A stretch of 64,000 nt of DNA, taken from assembly GCA_964452575.1 (NCBI GenBank), contig CAYVMN010000001.1, positions 3,925-67,924 of the forward strand, in the 5' to 3' direction. Positions 1-9,850 of this stretch are shown piece by piece. The translations under genes were made by a program, and so were the position numbers. The notes beneath the pieces were generated by a model that saw only the letters and a program-made list of their open reading frames with translations, was not told the DNA's origin and made no database searches. This stretch comes from an uncultured Desulfobacteraceae bacterium (GTDB lineage Bacteria > Desulfobacterota > DSM-4660 > Desulfatiglandales > Desulfatiglandaceae). Within the stretch, counting starts at the first letter, position 1; every line of letters begins with the position of its first letter.

Positions 1-13
1 ACGGTCTGTTCGG

Positions 14-1090
14 ATGAAAAAGACACTTTTTTCGACCTCTACCTTTTTTCCCCTTCTGTACCACAGCTTTCGCTGGCACATGCGTTTTTATCTCAATAGG
101 AAGGGATTTCCCCTGGTCTGCGGTGTTTTCCTGACAAACCGCTGCAACCTAAGATGCAGGATGTGCTCGATCTGGACGGATCCCAATAAACAAACGCTCA
201 GCTTCAAACAACTGCAGAACCTGGTGGAAGCCTTTAGACCGGGACTATGCTACCTTTCTTTTAGCGGTGGAGAACCTCTCATGGTAGACAGAGTGCTGGA
301 TATGATCGCATTTGCCGGCCAGCGCATCCCGTATATCCACCTGGTCAGCAACGGAATTCTGGTTGACAATGCCGCAGTCCGCGAAATGTCTAAGGCAGGT
401 CTGAGCGGAATATCCTTCAGCCTAGACGGCGACAGGCAGTGGCACAACTGGATCAGGAATTCGGCAAAGAGCTTTGATGCCGCCGTTGGCGCCATAGAAG
501 CCGTCAAACGAAATGCCCCACGAATGGATATCGTCGTTAACAGTGTCTTGTTTCCCGAAGCCCTGGAGCAGGTCGAGTGGGCCTTGCGGTTGACTCGACA
601 CCTGGGGGTCAAACACAAACTGCAGCCGGTGAACAAGCATTTTCAAATTGCCGGTATGGGACATCGCCCAGACCACATTAATTTTGGGGCCGCAGACCGT
701 TTGAAGGTCCAGGAGTTTATTCGGCGTCTGACTCGCGAATCCCATCTGATCAACAGCCCCACCTTTCTCAGGATGATACCTGATTATTTCGACAACAGCC
801 TCAAATGCCCCATGATTCGGCCCCGGTGCCTTGTCCCTCACTTTTTTGTAGAGGCCAACGCCTATGGCCGGCTTTCACCTTGCATGTTCGCGACAGGCTG
901 GCAAGGAACGCTTGACATAGGGAACGACCTGGGAAAAAAGGTGAACTCGGAAGAATTCAGCCGGCAGAAGATGCGGCTTGAGGCCTGCCGGGAATGCGAC
1001 CGGACCATGTACATCTGCTATTGGGAACCGATGATCAACTTCCCATTGGGGAATTACCTTAAATACGGCCTACTGAAGAATTCGATATGA
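14..1090 (+). CDS. radical SAM protein with SPASM/twitch-like C-terminal Cys cluster
   Basis: 358-aa ORF. CNLRCRMC (CxxxCxxC) lies near the N-terminus. The C-terminus has a cysteine cluster: CPMIRPRC ... SPC ... CRECDRTMYIC. The stop overlaps the next start (ATGA at 1087-1090). Confidence 0.8.
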   Translation: MKKTLFSTSTFFPLLYHSFRWHMRFYLNRKGFPLVCGVFLTNRCNLRCRMCSIWTDPNKQTLSFKQLQNLVEAFRPGLCYLSFSGGEPLMVDRVLDMIAFAGQRIPYIHLVSNGILVDNAAVREMSKAGLSGISFSLDGDRQWHNWIRNSAKSFDAAVGAIEAVKRNAPRMDIVVNSVLFPEALEQVEWALRLTRHLGVKHKLQPVNKHFQIAGMGHRPDHINFGAADRLKVQEFIRRLTRESHLINSPTFLRMIPDYFDNSLKCPMIRPRCLVPHFFVEANAYGRLSPCMFATGWQGTLDIGNDLGKKVNSEEFSRQKMRLEACRECDRTMYICYWEPMINFPLGNYLKYGLLKNSI

Positions 1091-2592
1091 GTAAATTACA
1101 AGGGCTCGAGGATATTGCTGTGCGGTTGATGTACTTTTTTAACGTCATTGATACGTTTCTCCCCTTCTCCATCCTCTGCCTTCTGGGATGGGTCCAGACG
1201 AATTCCCTATCCTCCTATGGCCTGCCACCTATAACTAGCCCCCTCATTTTTATCTGCAGCGGCTTTGTCTTTCTGTATGTCTGCTGCAAGATTGCGGACT
1301 TCCACGTCCTGTTTTTGACAGCCCTACCCGTTGTCGTACTCCTAACAAAGCGGGCTACTCCTTTCTGGGCAACAGAGGTGTTTACCGCCCTATTATTATT
1401 TTTTGCCTTTACCTCTCTTGTTCAGATTGTATTCATGGGCCTGCCAATGAGTTTGGCCTCTCGCAGTCCGGCTGTCGCCATGAGAATGTATTTAAACTCT
1501 TTTCTCGTTCTGGCCCCCACGACTATCAGTCTGCCCGTGACCGTCGGATATCAACTCATTATGTTTGTTTCGCTGCGAGGAGTTCTGGTTGATCCTTTTT
1601 CTCTGAATACAGCCTATATTTGCATCTCGGTTCTTGGCATTGCTGTATTGACTCGCCTGTTCATGAAACGCACCTTCATTCCACCCACATACCACCCTCC
1701 AATCTCCCAGGATGCCTACAGTCGGGTTATCCTGCTGAACATTGACGGCCTGAGTTACCATGCTTTCAAGAACGCCAAGGCATCCTTCCTGCACCACCTT
1801 GAAAAAGAATTCGCATACGCCCCTGGCGGAGCAAGTACAGTCTACAAGGCGTTTACAAATCCGGCCTTTGCCAGCATACTAAGCGGTTCCGAACCTGCCC
1901 GTCATCGGGTATTTAATAACAATTTCGGTCAAAATATTAAGATTGAAGCCCTTCCCGATATTGTGGATACGCGTCTTTACGGCTCCATGCACATCAAACA
2001 CTTTTCCCGGAAGGAATGGAGCGTCACACTGGTTTCGCTGGTGGAATTGTCTTATGATAAGGCAGATGAAGCACTGATGAGAAAACTGAAAGAGGGCTTG
2101 AAATTCTACTCGCAAGTCAGGCTCTGGGTGGTTGACCTGAGCATGGTTGACTACTGCGGCCATGCCTGGGGCAGCTATTCCCGTCAATACTATGATGCTA
2201 TCGAGAAACTGGATAGCGTGATCAAGGGTTTTTTCAAGTGGTGCCTGGAAGAATTCTTCCTGAATGATACCCTTTTCATCATCTCATCGGACCACGGGCT
2301 GTTCATCGGGGAACACGCATATATTCTCTTTCCTCAGGAAGAATTCGTTCCACTCATGTTTATTGGAAGAGACATCCGCAGCGGGACCTTACCTCAGAAA
2401 ACCTCTATCCTTGATATTGCGGCCAATATTTCATTTTTTCTAGGACAGGCCTACTGCAAAGAGAGTCGCGGCCGGGTTTTCACGCAGATAAATCAATGGC
2501 CTTGTTCGGAAGATTTTGTCTCCCGACTCGGAATCGAAGAGGTCGGGGACCCAGATGGCCCAAAGGGGGATTCCGGTCATGGGCCGTTATGA
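1087..2592 (+). CDS. membrane-anchored alkaline-phosphatase-superfamily enzyme (type I phosphodiesterase/nucleotide pyrophosphatase-like)
   Basis: 501 aa. The N-terminal ~200 aa are hydrophobic with several TM segments. The C-terminal domain carries ILLNIDGLSYHAF, VDYCGHAWG and ISSDHGL, which look like the metal-ligand motifs of this superfamily. Translationally coupled to the upstream radical SAM gene. Confidence 0.7.
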   Translation: MSKLQGLEDIAVRLMYFFNVIDTFLPFSILCLLGWVQTNSLSSYGLPPITSPLIFICSGFVFLYVCCKIADFHVLFLTALPVVVLLTKRATPFWATEVFTALLLFFAFTSLVQIVFMGLPMSLASRSPAVAMRMYLNSFLVLAPTTISLPVTVGYQLIMFVSLRGVLVDPFSLNTAYICISVLGIAVLTRLFMKRTFIPPTYHPPISQDAYSRVILLNIDGLSYHAFKNAKASFLHHLEKEFAYAPGGASTVYKAFTNPAFASILSGSEPARHRVFNNNFGQNIKIEALPDIVDTRLYGSMHIKHFSRKEWSVTLVSLVELSYDKADEALMRKLKEGLKFYSQVRLWVVDLSMVDYCGHAWGSYSRQYYDAIEKLDSVIKGFFKWCLEEFFLNDTLFIISSDHGLFIGEHAYILFPQEEFVPLMFIGRDIRSGTLPQKTSILDIAANISFFLGQAYCKESRGRVFTQINQWPCSEDFVSRLGIEEVGDPDGPKGDSGHGPL

Positions 2593-4171
2593 GAATACGA
2601 TTTTCCTTGGGCTTTACCTGCTTCTGATATTGCTGGCTATCTCCTCACTTTGGTGGCCTATGGGCCGGGACCAGGGAAGCTTCTCCCTGGGGGGAGACAT
2701 AGTCCTCGGCGGTGGCGTGCCCTACCGAGATATGTGGGAACCAAAGGGCCCGGCCGGCCTGTGCACCTATGCCCTGTCCCATTTGATCTTCGGCCGAACC
2801 CTATGGGGCATTCGGCTCTTAGACCTGGTTTGCCTGGCCATCACGGCGACATTTCTCTGGCGGTTTTTGTTCAAGAAGGCCGGGGCCCTGGCCGCCCATA
2901 CTGGCGCCCTTTTCTTTTGTTTCGCCTATCTGGACCTAGGATACTGGCACACCGCTCAGCCTGATGGCTGGGCGGGTATGTCTCTGCTAATCGCCCTCTT
3001 GATCCTACCTACATATGGCCGGGCCGGGTATGCGCGCCTATTTGCTGCCGGCATGCTTGTTGGCCTGGCCACTCAATATAAATTCATATACGCTGTATTC
3101 CTATTTCCATTGATTGTGTACGACGCGGGGGTGCATGCTAAGTCGGTCTATGAGCGGGCCTTACGAAGCGGCACCCTGTTCGCGGGCTTTCTGCTAGTGA
3201 ACGGTCTTTCTCTTCTCTGGCTCGCATCCAACCAGGCTCTGGATGAATATATAAGCATTGTCTTTGACTTTAACCGGCTGGTACACATGAAGATGCACAG
3301 CGCGAATATAAAATTCCTCCATCTCAATCTGGATCTGAGAGCAATTTTTTGTGGATATCTCATCCGCCGCCCTTTGATCATCCCATTCGTAATCACGGGC
3401 CTCCTAGTTTGCTGGCGTAGATTTCGCCCTTTCACTATTAGTGTGACCCTGTTCTGGGTAACAGGATTGGCCCTCGTGGTCGCACAGGGCTGGTACCACG
3501 CGAAGTACCAATGGATACCGACCTATGGTCCAGTAGCTATCTTCCTGGGGTTCGGTATCATTGCACTGCCCCAATATCTGCTTGGAAGGTCTAAGGACGA
3601 CCGGTTTCGAGAACTTGGGAAAAAATTGATTCCCGCTGTGAGCCTGATCATTATCGTTGTGACCGCGTATCCGGGCTGTAAACAGTTCCTATTGACCTCA
3701 TCTTATGCGCTGGGAAAAATCCAGGCAGCAGAATATTACAGCCATTTCGGCCAGTACGGCCGGGGGGATTTTTCTTTCCTGGCCGATCTGCAGGTGGCCG
3801 AATATGTCCGAAAACGGTCCAACAAGAACGACTGCGTGCTGGTGTGGGGTTTTGAACCGGGAATCTACTTTCTCGCCGGAAGGAAGTCAGCGACCCGCTT
3901 TTGCTTCAACTATCCGTTGGTGGCCTCCAAAGGTACGAAATTTTATAACCGCTACCGAAGCGAATTTATGCAAGACGTGATCAGGAACAAACCCCTGTTT
4001 ATCGTTGTCGCCGATATGGACAAAAATCATCTTATCTTGAAGAATTCCAAGGTATTTTTCAAAGAGTTTCCGGAATTCTACTCCTTTGTCCGCCTTGGAT
4101 ATATTCATAAGACTACAATTGAGCACTTTGAAATATTCCGCCGTCGAGATAGTCGGGATACAGAGTTGTGA
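2579..4171 (+). CDS. polytopic membrane glycosyltransferase candidate (GT-C fold, PMT_2/GT39-GT83-like)
   Basis: The ORF track gives 2516..4171. I place the start at ATG 2579 (MGRYEN...), overlapping the upstream stop at 2590-2592. There are many hydrophobic segments. The loop GGVPYRDMWEPKGPAG resembles the PY-D-W-D-x-KPP loop of ArnT/PMT-like enzymes. The C-terminal ~150 aa look soluble. Confidence 0.55.
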   Translation: MGRYENTIFLGLYLLLILLAISSLWWPMGRDQGSFSLGGDIVLGGGVPYRDMWEPKGPAGLCTYALSHLIFGRTLWGIRLLDLVCLAITATFLWRFLFKKAGALAAHTGALFFCFAYLDLGYWHTAQPDGWAGMSLLIALLILPTYGRAGYARLFAAGMLVGLATQYKFIYAVFLFPLIVYDAGVHAKSVYERALRSGTLFAGFLLVNGLSLLWLASNQALDEYISIVFDFNRLVHMKMHSANIKFLHLNLDLRAIFCGYLIRRPLIIPFVITGLLVCWRRFRPFTISVTLFWVTGLALVVAQGWYHAKYQWIPTYGPVAIFLGFGIIALPQYLLGRSKDDRFRELGKKLIPAVSLIIIVVTAYPGCKQFLLTSSYALGKIQAAEYYSHFGQYGRGDFSFLADLQVAEYVRKRSNKNDCVLVWGFEPGIYFLAGRKSATRFCFNYPLVASKGTKFYNRYRSEFMQDVIRNKPLFIVVADMDKNHLILKNSKVFFKEFPEFYSFVRLGYIHKTTIEHFEIFRRRDSRDTEL

Positions 4172-4208
4172 CGACGGGTCCGGGCTGCGGCATGGCACTC
4201 CTCTGACC

Positions 4209-4898
4209 ATGGAAAAAACGACTATCGCACATAGGGCAAAGAAATTTTATGATTCTTCAAAAGTAAGGAAACTGAGGAGGTTTGATCATCCTACTGTAAA
4301 AGCGCATGTTATTGATAAGGTAAACTATATTAAGAAGACTATTAAGTTGATTCCGAAGACAACGGTCTTGGAACTTGGTGCAGGAAATGGTTATTTCTCT
4401 TTTTATTTCAACAGCTCATGTGATTTGCTGGCAACTGACATTAATAGAGAAATCCTTTCGTTGAACCCCGTCAAGAAAAGGATGGTTTGTGATGCCAAAA
4501 AGCTTCCTTTTAAAGACGAGTCATTTGATATTGTTATGTGCTTCGACGTCTTACACCACGTGGATAACCCCGATCATGTAATTAAGGAGGCAAAGAGGGT
4601 ATCACGAAGGCATGTTGTTCTAGTAGAACCGAACGGGGATAATATTATTCAAAAATTGATCTTTCTTCCCGTTCCAAGGGAATGGGGTCTTTATAACTTC
4701 AGCACTAAGTATCTTATAGGGTTGATAAAGGATAATTCTCTTGGCATATTAAGATTTAAACATATTGGAAGATTAATAACTCCGAATATACGCTTAATAG
4801 ATAAGTTTATAAAATTATTTCCTTATTCTGAATCACCACAACTAAATTTTCATAATTTGGTTATATGCAGCAAGGAATTGTCAAATGAGAATTCTTAA
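4209..4898 (+). CDS. class I SAM-dependent methyltransferase
   Basis: The ORF track gives 4086..4898. ATG 4209 (MEKTTIAH...) is the likely start, after the stop of the previous gene. VLELGAGNGYF is the motif I glycine-rich SAM loop, and DIVMCFDVLHHV is post-motif II. The gene is visibly AT-rich compared with its neighbours. Confidence 0.75.
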   Translation: MEKTTIAHRAKKFYDSSKVRKLRRFDHPTVKAHVIDKVNYIKKTIKLIPKTTVLELGAGNGYFSFYFNSSCDLLATDINREILSLNPVKKRMVCDAKKLPFKDESFDIVMCFDVLHHVDNPDHVIKEAKRVSRRHVVLVEPNGDNIIQKLIFLPVPREWGLYNFSTKYLIGLIKDNSLGILRFKHIGRLITPNIRLIDKFIKLFPYSESPQLNFHNLVICSKELSNENS

Positions 4899-5069
4899 AA
4901 ACTCGGACATCCTCAATGGATGTTTACGCTCTGTAAACTCCATAATTAAGATGAGTGCAGATTTTCATATGCTGATCAGGATCAAGTGAAGGAGCGTATC
5001 GTTTATGATACATCCAGGTTCACAAGGGCATCTCTCGATATTGGTTCGTAATTTAGGTGTGCTTCCTTT

Positions 5070-6737
5070 ATGAATATCTCTAGTAGCCTTCGTTTTCCGT
5101 TCCTTTGTGCTGGGGGCATCTATATCTTGTCCACAGCTTTGCTGCTTATCTGGGGACTTGCAGATAACGGGTGGGTTTTTACGTATCCGCTCGATGACAC
5201 CTATATACATATGGCAATGGCAAGAAATTTCGCCTATCACGGAGTGTGGGGAGCCACACAACATCAATTCAGTGCCTCTTCCTCCTCGCTGCTTTGGACG
5301 ATCATGCTGAGTGCTTGTATTAAGTTGATCGGGCTTTGGGAATGGATTCCTCTTATCCTAAATTTCGTATTCAGCTTGTTGATCATCTATTGGGCCGACC
5401 GACTCCTAACGGATTTTGGAATCGGATCTCGTCTCAGGCTGCTAACCTTGCTCTGTTTGGTCCTCATCACACCTCTTCCAGTGCTTACCCTCATTGGTAT
5501 GGAACATTCCGCTCACGCTCTGGCCACAATGTGGTTTTTATGGCTGGCAGTCAAACTAGTGACAACTGAAAGGCAAGGGTCTTCTCAAACGTTACTTGGG
5601 CTCGTGGCATTGAGCGCAGCCCTGGATGTTGCCTTAAGGGTTGAAGGGATCTTCTTGGTTAGTGTCGCGTGCCTGTTTCTGCTCGTTAGAAGGCGTTATC
5701 TCCAAGCCTTCCTTATCGGTGTGTCAGGACTCCTGCCGCTACTACTGTTCGGTTATTATTCAAGCAAGAATGGGAGTTACTGGCTGCCCAATTCGATTCT
5801 TATGAAGGGCAACTTGCCCGATTTCACGAGTTTCTACGGATGGGTAATGACGCTCGGTGGAAGGGCCATACGATTGTTGTTCAATTCCATCAACCTTTCT
5901 ATGACCTGTCTGTTGGTCTCTCTCGCACTATTGATATTCCGACACTATCGGGAAACCAAGAATTTGCTTTCCCGTCCCAACGTTTTGGGAATGATGGTCT
6001 TTTTGATCACCTTGCTCCACCTCCAATATGCAGGCACCGGTTGGCTCTTTCGCTACGAGGCCTATTTGGTAATGAATGGTCTGATCGCCATTGCCTGTCT
6101 GATCTCAGTTGTTTTGCCGACGCCCTCCGCGTCCCTGCGCGAAAAGGCTTTGATTCTGATGCCATCTTCCCGTCCCCTTCGTCCGGCAATTATCTTCTTT
6201 TTCTTGGTCGCACTGACGACTTACGGGGCTCGTATTGGACAATCTGCAACGACTTCTGCCTTGTGGATGAAGGACCGCTTCCAGGAACACATTTTGACGG
6301 CAAGGTTCGTGGAGAACTACTACGACCGTGCAACGCTTGTAATAAACGATCTCGGTGCCATGGCCTATTTTTCGAAAGCCAGGCTCTTGGATATTTTGGG
6401 GTTAGGAAGTATAGAGCCGGTTCGTTGGCGCCTTGCACAGGGTCGAGGCTTTCATAGTTCCGAAATGAAACGCTGGGTACGAGACTCTGGGGCCGAGATC
6501 GCCATATTTCAATCGAATTACACGCAATGGCATCGAGTGTTACCCAAGGGATGGGCCCATGTCTGCGATTGGAGGATTCGACGCAGAAATATATTCAGGG
6601 ACAGAATCGTGAGATTTTATGCCAGCAACCCTCAGAAGGCCAGGGAGCTGGAATTGAATCTCAGGGAATTCTCGGATCGTTTACCAGAAGATATTGTTAT
6701 ATCTTTTTCTCAGCAGTCTGGGACAAAACCACCATAG
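5070..6737 (+). CDS. polytopic membrane protein, possible GT-C-type glycosyltransferase
   Basis: 555 aa with more than 10 hydrophobic segments. YPLDDTYIHMAMARNF (a DDxYI loop) follows TM1, as in several GT-C families (from memory). The C-terminal ~110 aa look soluble. Same strand as the preceding four genes. Confidence 0.5.
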   Translation: MNISSSLRFPFLCAGGIYILSTALLLIWGLADNGWVFTYPLDDTYIHMAMARNFAYHGVWGATQHQFSASSSSLLWTIMLSACIKLIGLWEWIPLILNFVFSLLIIYWADRLLTDFGIGSRLRLLTLLCLVLITPLPVLTLIGMEHSAHALATMWFLWLAVKLVTTERQGSSQTLLGLVALSAALDVALRVEGIFLVSVACLFLLVRRRYLQAFLIGVSGLLPLLLFGYYSSKNGSYWLPNSILMKGNLPDFTSFYGWVMTLGGRAIRLLFNSINLSMTCLLVSLALLIFRHYRETKNLLSRPNVLGMMVFLITLLHLQYAGTGWLFRYEAYLVMNGLIAIACLISVVLPTPSASLREKALILMPSSRPLRPAIIFFFLVALTTYGARIGQSATTSALWMKDRFQEHILTARFVENYYDRATLVINDLGAMAYFSKARLLDILGLGSIEPVRWRLAQGRGFHSSEMKRWVRDSGAEIAIFQSNYTQWHRVLPKGWAHVCDWRIRRRNIFRDRIVRFYASNPQKARELELNLREFSDRLPEDIVISFSQQSGTKPP

Positions 6738-6745
6738 CATGTGGC

Positions 6746-6960
6746 TTAACCTGTACCCCTCTCTTTCAGACGGATGGCATCTTCTAGATCCCACAATTTC
6801 AAATTAATCGCCTCTATGTCGATAAATTCATGGGAATCAAACTTCATCCCAATGCCTTCCGTGGCGTCCTTAATGTGCTAGAGTTCTTTCAGAATATTGT
6901 TCAGTTTTCTTTATTTTGACTTCTTTGGCTTTAATAACAAGTATGATGGACTCATCCACC
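6746..6960 (-). pseudogene. decayed remnant of a small LPS-locus protein (DUF6165-like, from memory)
   Basis: One minus-strand frame reads VDESIILVIKAKEVKIKKTEQ.... A second frame reads KLNNILKEL*HIKDATEGIGMKFDSHEFIDIEAINLKLWDLEDAIRLKERGTG*. The N-x-KLWDxED-x-IR-x-KE tail and the IL-x-IK head resemble that family. Reading them as one protein needs a frameshift plus an in-frame TAG, and the C-terminus is truncated. Confidence 0.3.
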
Positions 6961-6967
6961 AATTAAC

Positions 6968-7843
6968 CTATTCACTTGGACCCCAGAGAATAACCGATGC
7001 ATAGCCATGGTCCCTGGCCTCCTCTACCAGGGCGGCCATCTCTTCCACGGCCCACATCTTGGTGAGCCAGCCGGCGCCGATGCCGAAAATGGTTCTTTTT
7101 TCATTAAGACGGCTTTCTTTCCACCAATGCCGGATTTTTGCGTCCGCCTTCGGATCCCTGGGGAATGGCACGGGCATATGGTGGGGCATGTCCAGTTCAA
7201 GGGCCCGGCCCAGGTATAGACTCCTGACGCTCACATGGCTCAGCTCATCAGGTGGGGACACCCGGCGATTGGTGAAAAGAGGGGCCAGTTCCCTCCCTTC
7301 AAGGGATGCGGGGCTAAACCCTACGCGCACAGGAATGCCGGCCAAGAAAGGGAGTATGGCACTCCGGGTCAGGCCCTGGGGATCGATAGAGATTCCATAG
7401 TGTTCAGAACGGATCCCTCGCACCAACCGCCCGATTCCAAGGGGATTTCTATCTGCTCCCCTCCACACGTGGACCCGATCCAGCTGGGAGAAGCCGTGAA
7501 GGAGGGGGGCAAAGGGTTCGTCCACAACCTACCCCATGTGGGCACCAGGCATCTTTTTGCGCAATGCAAAAAAGAGGGGAAGGGTCAGGGCAATGTCTCC
7601 CCTGCGCAATGAGAGCTTAGGCCTAAAGAAACTCATAAAACATCTGTTGCATAGCAGGATCTTTCTTTTTTCCCCACCCATGGATGCGCTAGGACAGAAT
7701 GCGCAGTGGGCATTGCAATGGTTGGTTGTCTCGATACGCACTACTCTTGGAAATTTTGAACGAGACACCTCCATAATCACGGCAGCGGTCCAAGCTAAAA
7801 AGCGAAAGCCACCCATTGGTTCGATCTTGCTGGCAGCGTCCAC
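6968..7843 (-). pseudogene. disrupted and truncated GT9 heptosyltransferase fused to a radical-SAM N-terminal fragment
   Basis: Two same-frame ORFs (7529..7843 and 6968..7525) are split by an in-frame TAG at 7529-7531. Read through the stop: ...GDIALTLPLFFALRKKMPGAHMG*VVDEPFAPLLHGFSQLDRV...IDPQGLTRSAILPFLAGIPVRVGF...IGAGWLTKMWAVEEMAALV...VILWGPSE. This is the N-terminal half of a GT9 enzyme and ends about 120 aa short of full length. The first ~40 codons instead encode RIETTNHCNAHCAFCP, a radical SAM CxxxCxxC start. Confidence 0.6.
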
Positions 7844-8077
7844 TCATATCCTTTAGGCGTTGCATAACAGGACTGGGGTCGCAATGGACCCCTCAAAACG
7901 CCCACTTTCCCGCTCAACGCCTTTTAATCCCCTGAATTGGAAAATGGAGATTGTATTGCAAATTGAGGTATGACCCGGTACAACATAGCCCTAAAGCGCC
8001 ATTTTTTTCGAAAGGAGTGTAGTCAACCACGGTCTGAGTGTCAAACGGAAAGCCTCGGTGATCAAATGGCTTAGGAG

Positions 8078-9850
8078 ATGCCCGAAAGAGCCATATCAGC
8101 CTTGGGAACCTATCACTCCATGGATATAATCGCTATGCTGAGACAACCCTACGTGGGAAAAACCTTACTGGCCATTTTCTCTCTGGGCCTAGTTGTTTTT
8201 GCACTCGCCACCCAATCAGGCCTTTGGGATCGGGATGAGTCAGTTTTTGCTCGCACCGCCGCTGAGATGCTCCAGAGCGGGGAATGGCTGTTGCCCACCT
8301 TCAACGGAAAGGTCTTCGCCCACAAGCCGCCCCTCTCACTCTGGGCCATGGCGGGCAGCATGGCCCTATTCGGTGTAAACGCCTTGGCGGTACGGTTGCC
8401 GGCTGTTTTTTCGCTGGCAGCCTCAGGATGGCTGGTATTCCTGATGGGCAGGAGGCTCTTTTCGCCCCGGGTGGGCTTCTGGGCAAGTGCCATGTTGATG
8501 AGCTCGGCCATGGCCATGTACCTCGGCAGCGCGGCCATGCTCGATGCTACGCTAATAACTTTTATCTGCCTGGCCATGTGGGCACACGTGGAAGGGATCC
8601 ATCATCCCAAGAGGTGGTGGGCCTATTGGCCGGTCTTGACCTTGGCAATAGGGCTTTCCGAATTGACGAAACACCCGGTGGGGATGGCAGTGTTGGCACC
8701 TGCCACACTTCTCAGCACCTGGATGTTGCGAAAGGAAAAACAGATCCCTAAAAGCTACTGGCTGGGCTTGATGGCGGCCTTTGCCGTGGGCTGTGGTCTG
8801 TATGTGGCCTGGTTTCTGCCTGTTCAGAAGCTTGCCCCTGGGTTTACCCATGAAAGCCATGGGCTCCACATCGTGGGCCGGTTTTTCACTGCCATGGAGG
8901 GACACGGGGCCAACAGCCTGCTAGGGTATCTGGCCCTCTTGCCTATCTATCTTCCCGTTTTGATCGCCGGCTTCGCCCCTTGGACGGCCTTTCTGCCCGC
9001 AGGGGTCTTGGCCTCGATTCATGGTCATGTGGGTGGGCGAAGCGCACAGGTCTTCATCTGGACCTGGGTTCTGCCTATTTTCATTTTCTTCAGCCTGGCA
9101 GCCACCAAGTTGCCTCACTACGTCTTGCCGGTGTTCCCTCCATTGGCCCTGTTGGCGGCGGGCACCTTTGAGGCCTGGCGGGTTGGAATGCTCGGTGAAA
9201 AGGATCGTGCCTGGTTGCGCTCCGGGGCGTGGTTTTTGGCCCCTGTGATATTTGTTGCCGGGCTGACGCTTGGAATGGCAGCCCCTTTGATGGGTCGTGG
9301 CTTGTGGCGCGTTGTAGGGGTGCTGCCAGGGGTGGTGGCTTTGGTCTATGGCTTGTTCGTGGTTCGGTTAATTCTTAAGGAACGGATGATCCAGGTGGCC
9401 CGGATATTCCTATTTGGAATGCCCCTCATCGTGCTGCTTGCGGCGTGTTTGAGTTTGCCTGCCATTGAGCCTTTGATCAAGGTCTCCCCGGTGCTGGCAG
9501 AGACCATTCAGGCGCATCGGTCCTCAAAGGAGCCAGTGGCCGCGTGCGGCTATGTCGAACCCAGTTTCATGTTCTACATGAATTTGCCCGCCCATCAACC
9601 CATCTCTGTAGTGGTGCCACAGCCCGAGGCATTGAGCGCGTGGCTCCACAAACCTGGAGGGGGGTGGCTGGTGGTGTACGATTCCCTCTGGCTAGACATG
9701 ATCGGCCGCTTTGGACCGGTTCAGCGTGGGGAAACCCTCTATAAGATACCAGTGCTCAATACTAATGACAACGCCCGGCGGGATATGGTGCGGGTGGTTC
9801 GGCGCCTCCCGCGTAACAACACCCCATCTGCCCAGGAGTCTTCCCCGTGA
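8078..9850 (+). CDS. ArnT/PMT-family (GT39/GT83) undecaprenyl-phosphate-sugar-dependent glycosyltransferase
   Basis: 590 aa and polytopic. WDRDESVFARTAAEMLQSGEWLLPTFNGKVFAHKPPLSLW matches the canonical first periplasmic loop of ArnT-like enzymes (DE...HKPPL). The start may be an internal Met (MDIIAML). Confidence 0.75.
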   Translation: MPERAISALGTYHSMDIIAMLRQPYVGKTLLAIFSLGLVVFALATQSGLWDRDESVFARTAAEMLQSGEWLLPTFNGKVFAHKPPLSLWAMAGSMALFGVNALAVRLPAVFSLAASGWLVFLMGRRLFSPRVGFWASAMLMSSAMAMYLGSAAMLDATLITFICLAMWAHVEGIHHPKRWWAYWPVLTLAIGLSELTKHPVGMAVLAPATLLSTWMLRKEKQIPKSYWLGLMAAFAVGCGLYVAWFLPVQKLAPGFTHESHGLHIVGRFFTAMEGHGANSLLGYLALLPIYLPVLIAGFAPWTAFLPAGVLASIHGHVGGRSAQVFIWTWVLPIFIFFSLAATKLPHYVLPVFPPLALLAAGTFEAWRVGMLGEKDRAWLRSGAWFLAPVIFVAGLTLGMAAPLMGRGLWRVVGVLPGVVALVYGLFVVRLILKERMIQVARIFLFGMPLIVLLAACLSLPAIEPLIKVSPVLAETIQAHRSSKEPVAACGYVEPSFMFYMNLPAHQPISVVVPQPEALSAWLHKPGGGWLVVYDSLWLDMIGRFGPVQRGETLYKIPVLNTNDNARRDMVRVVRRLPRNNTPSAQESSP

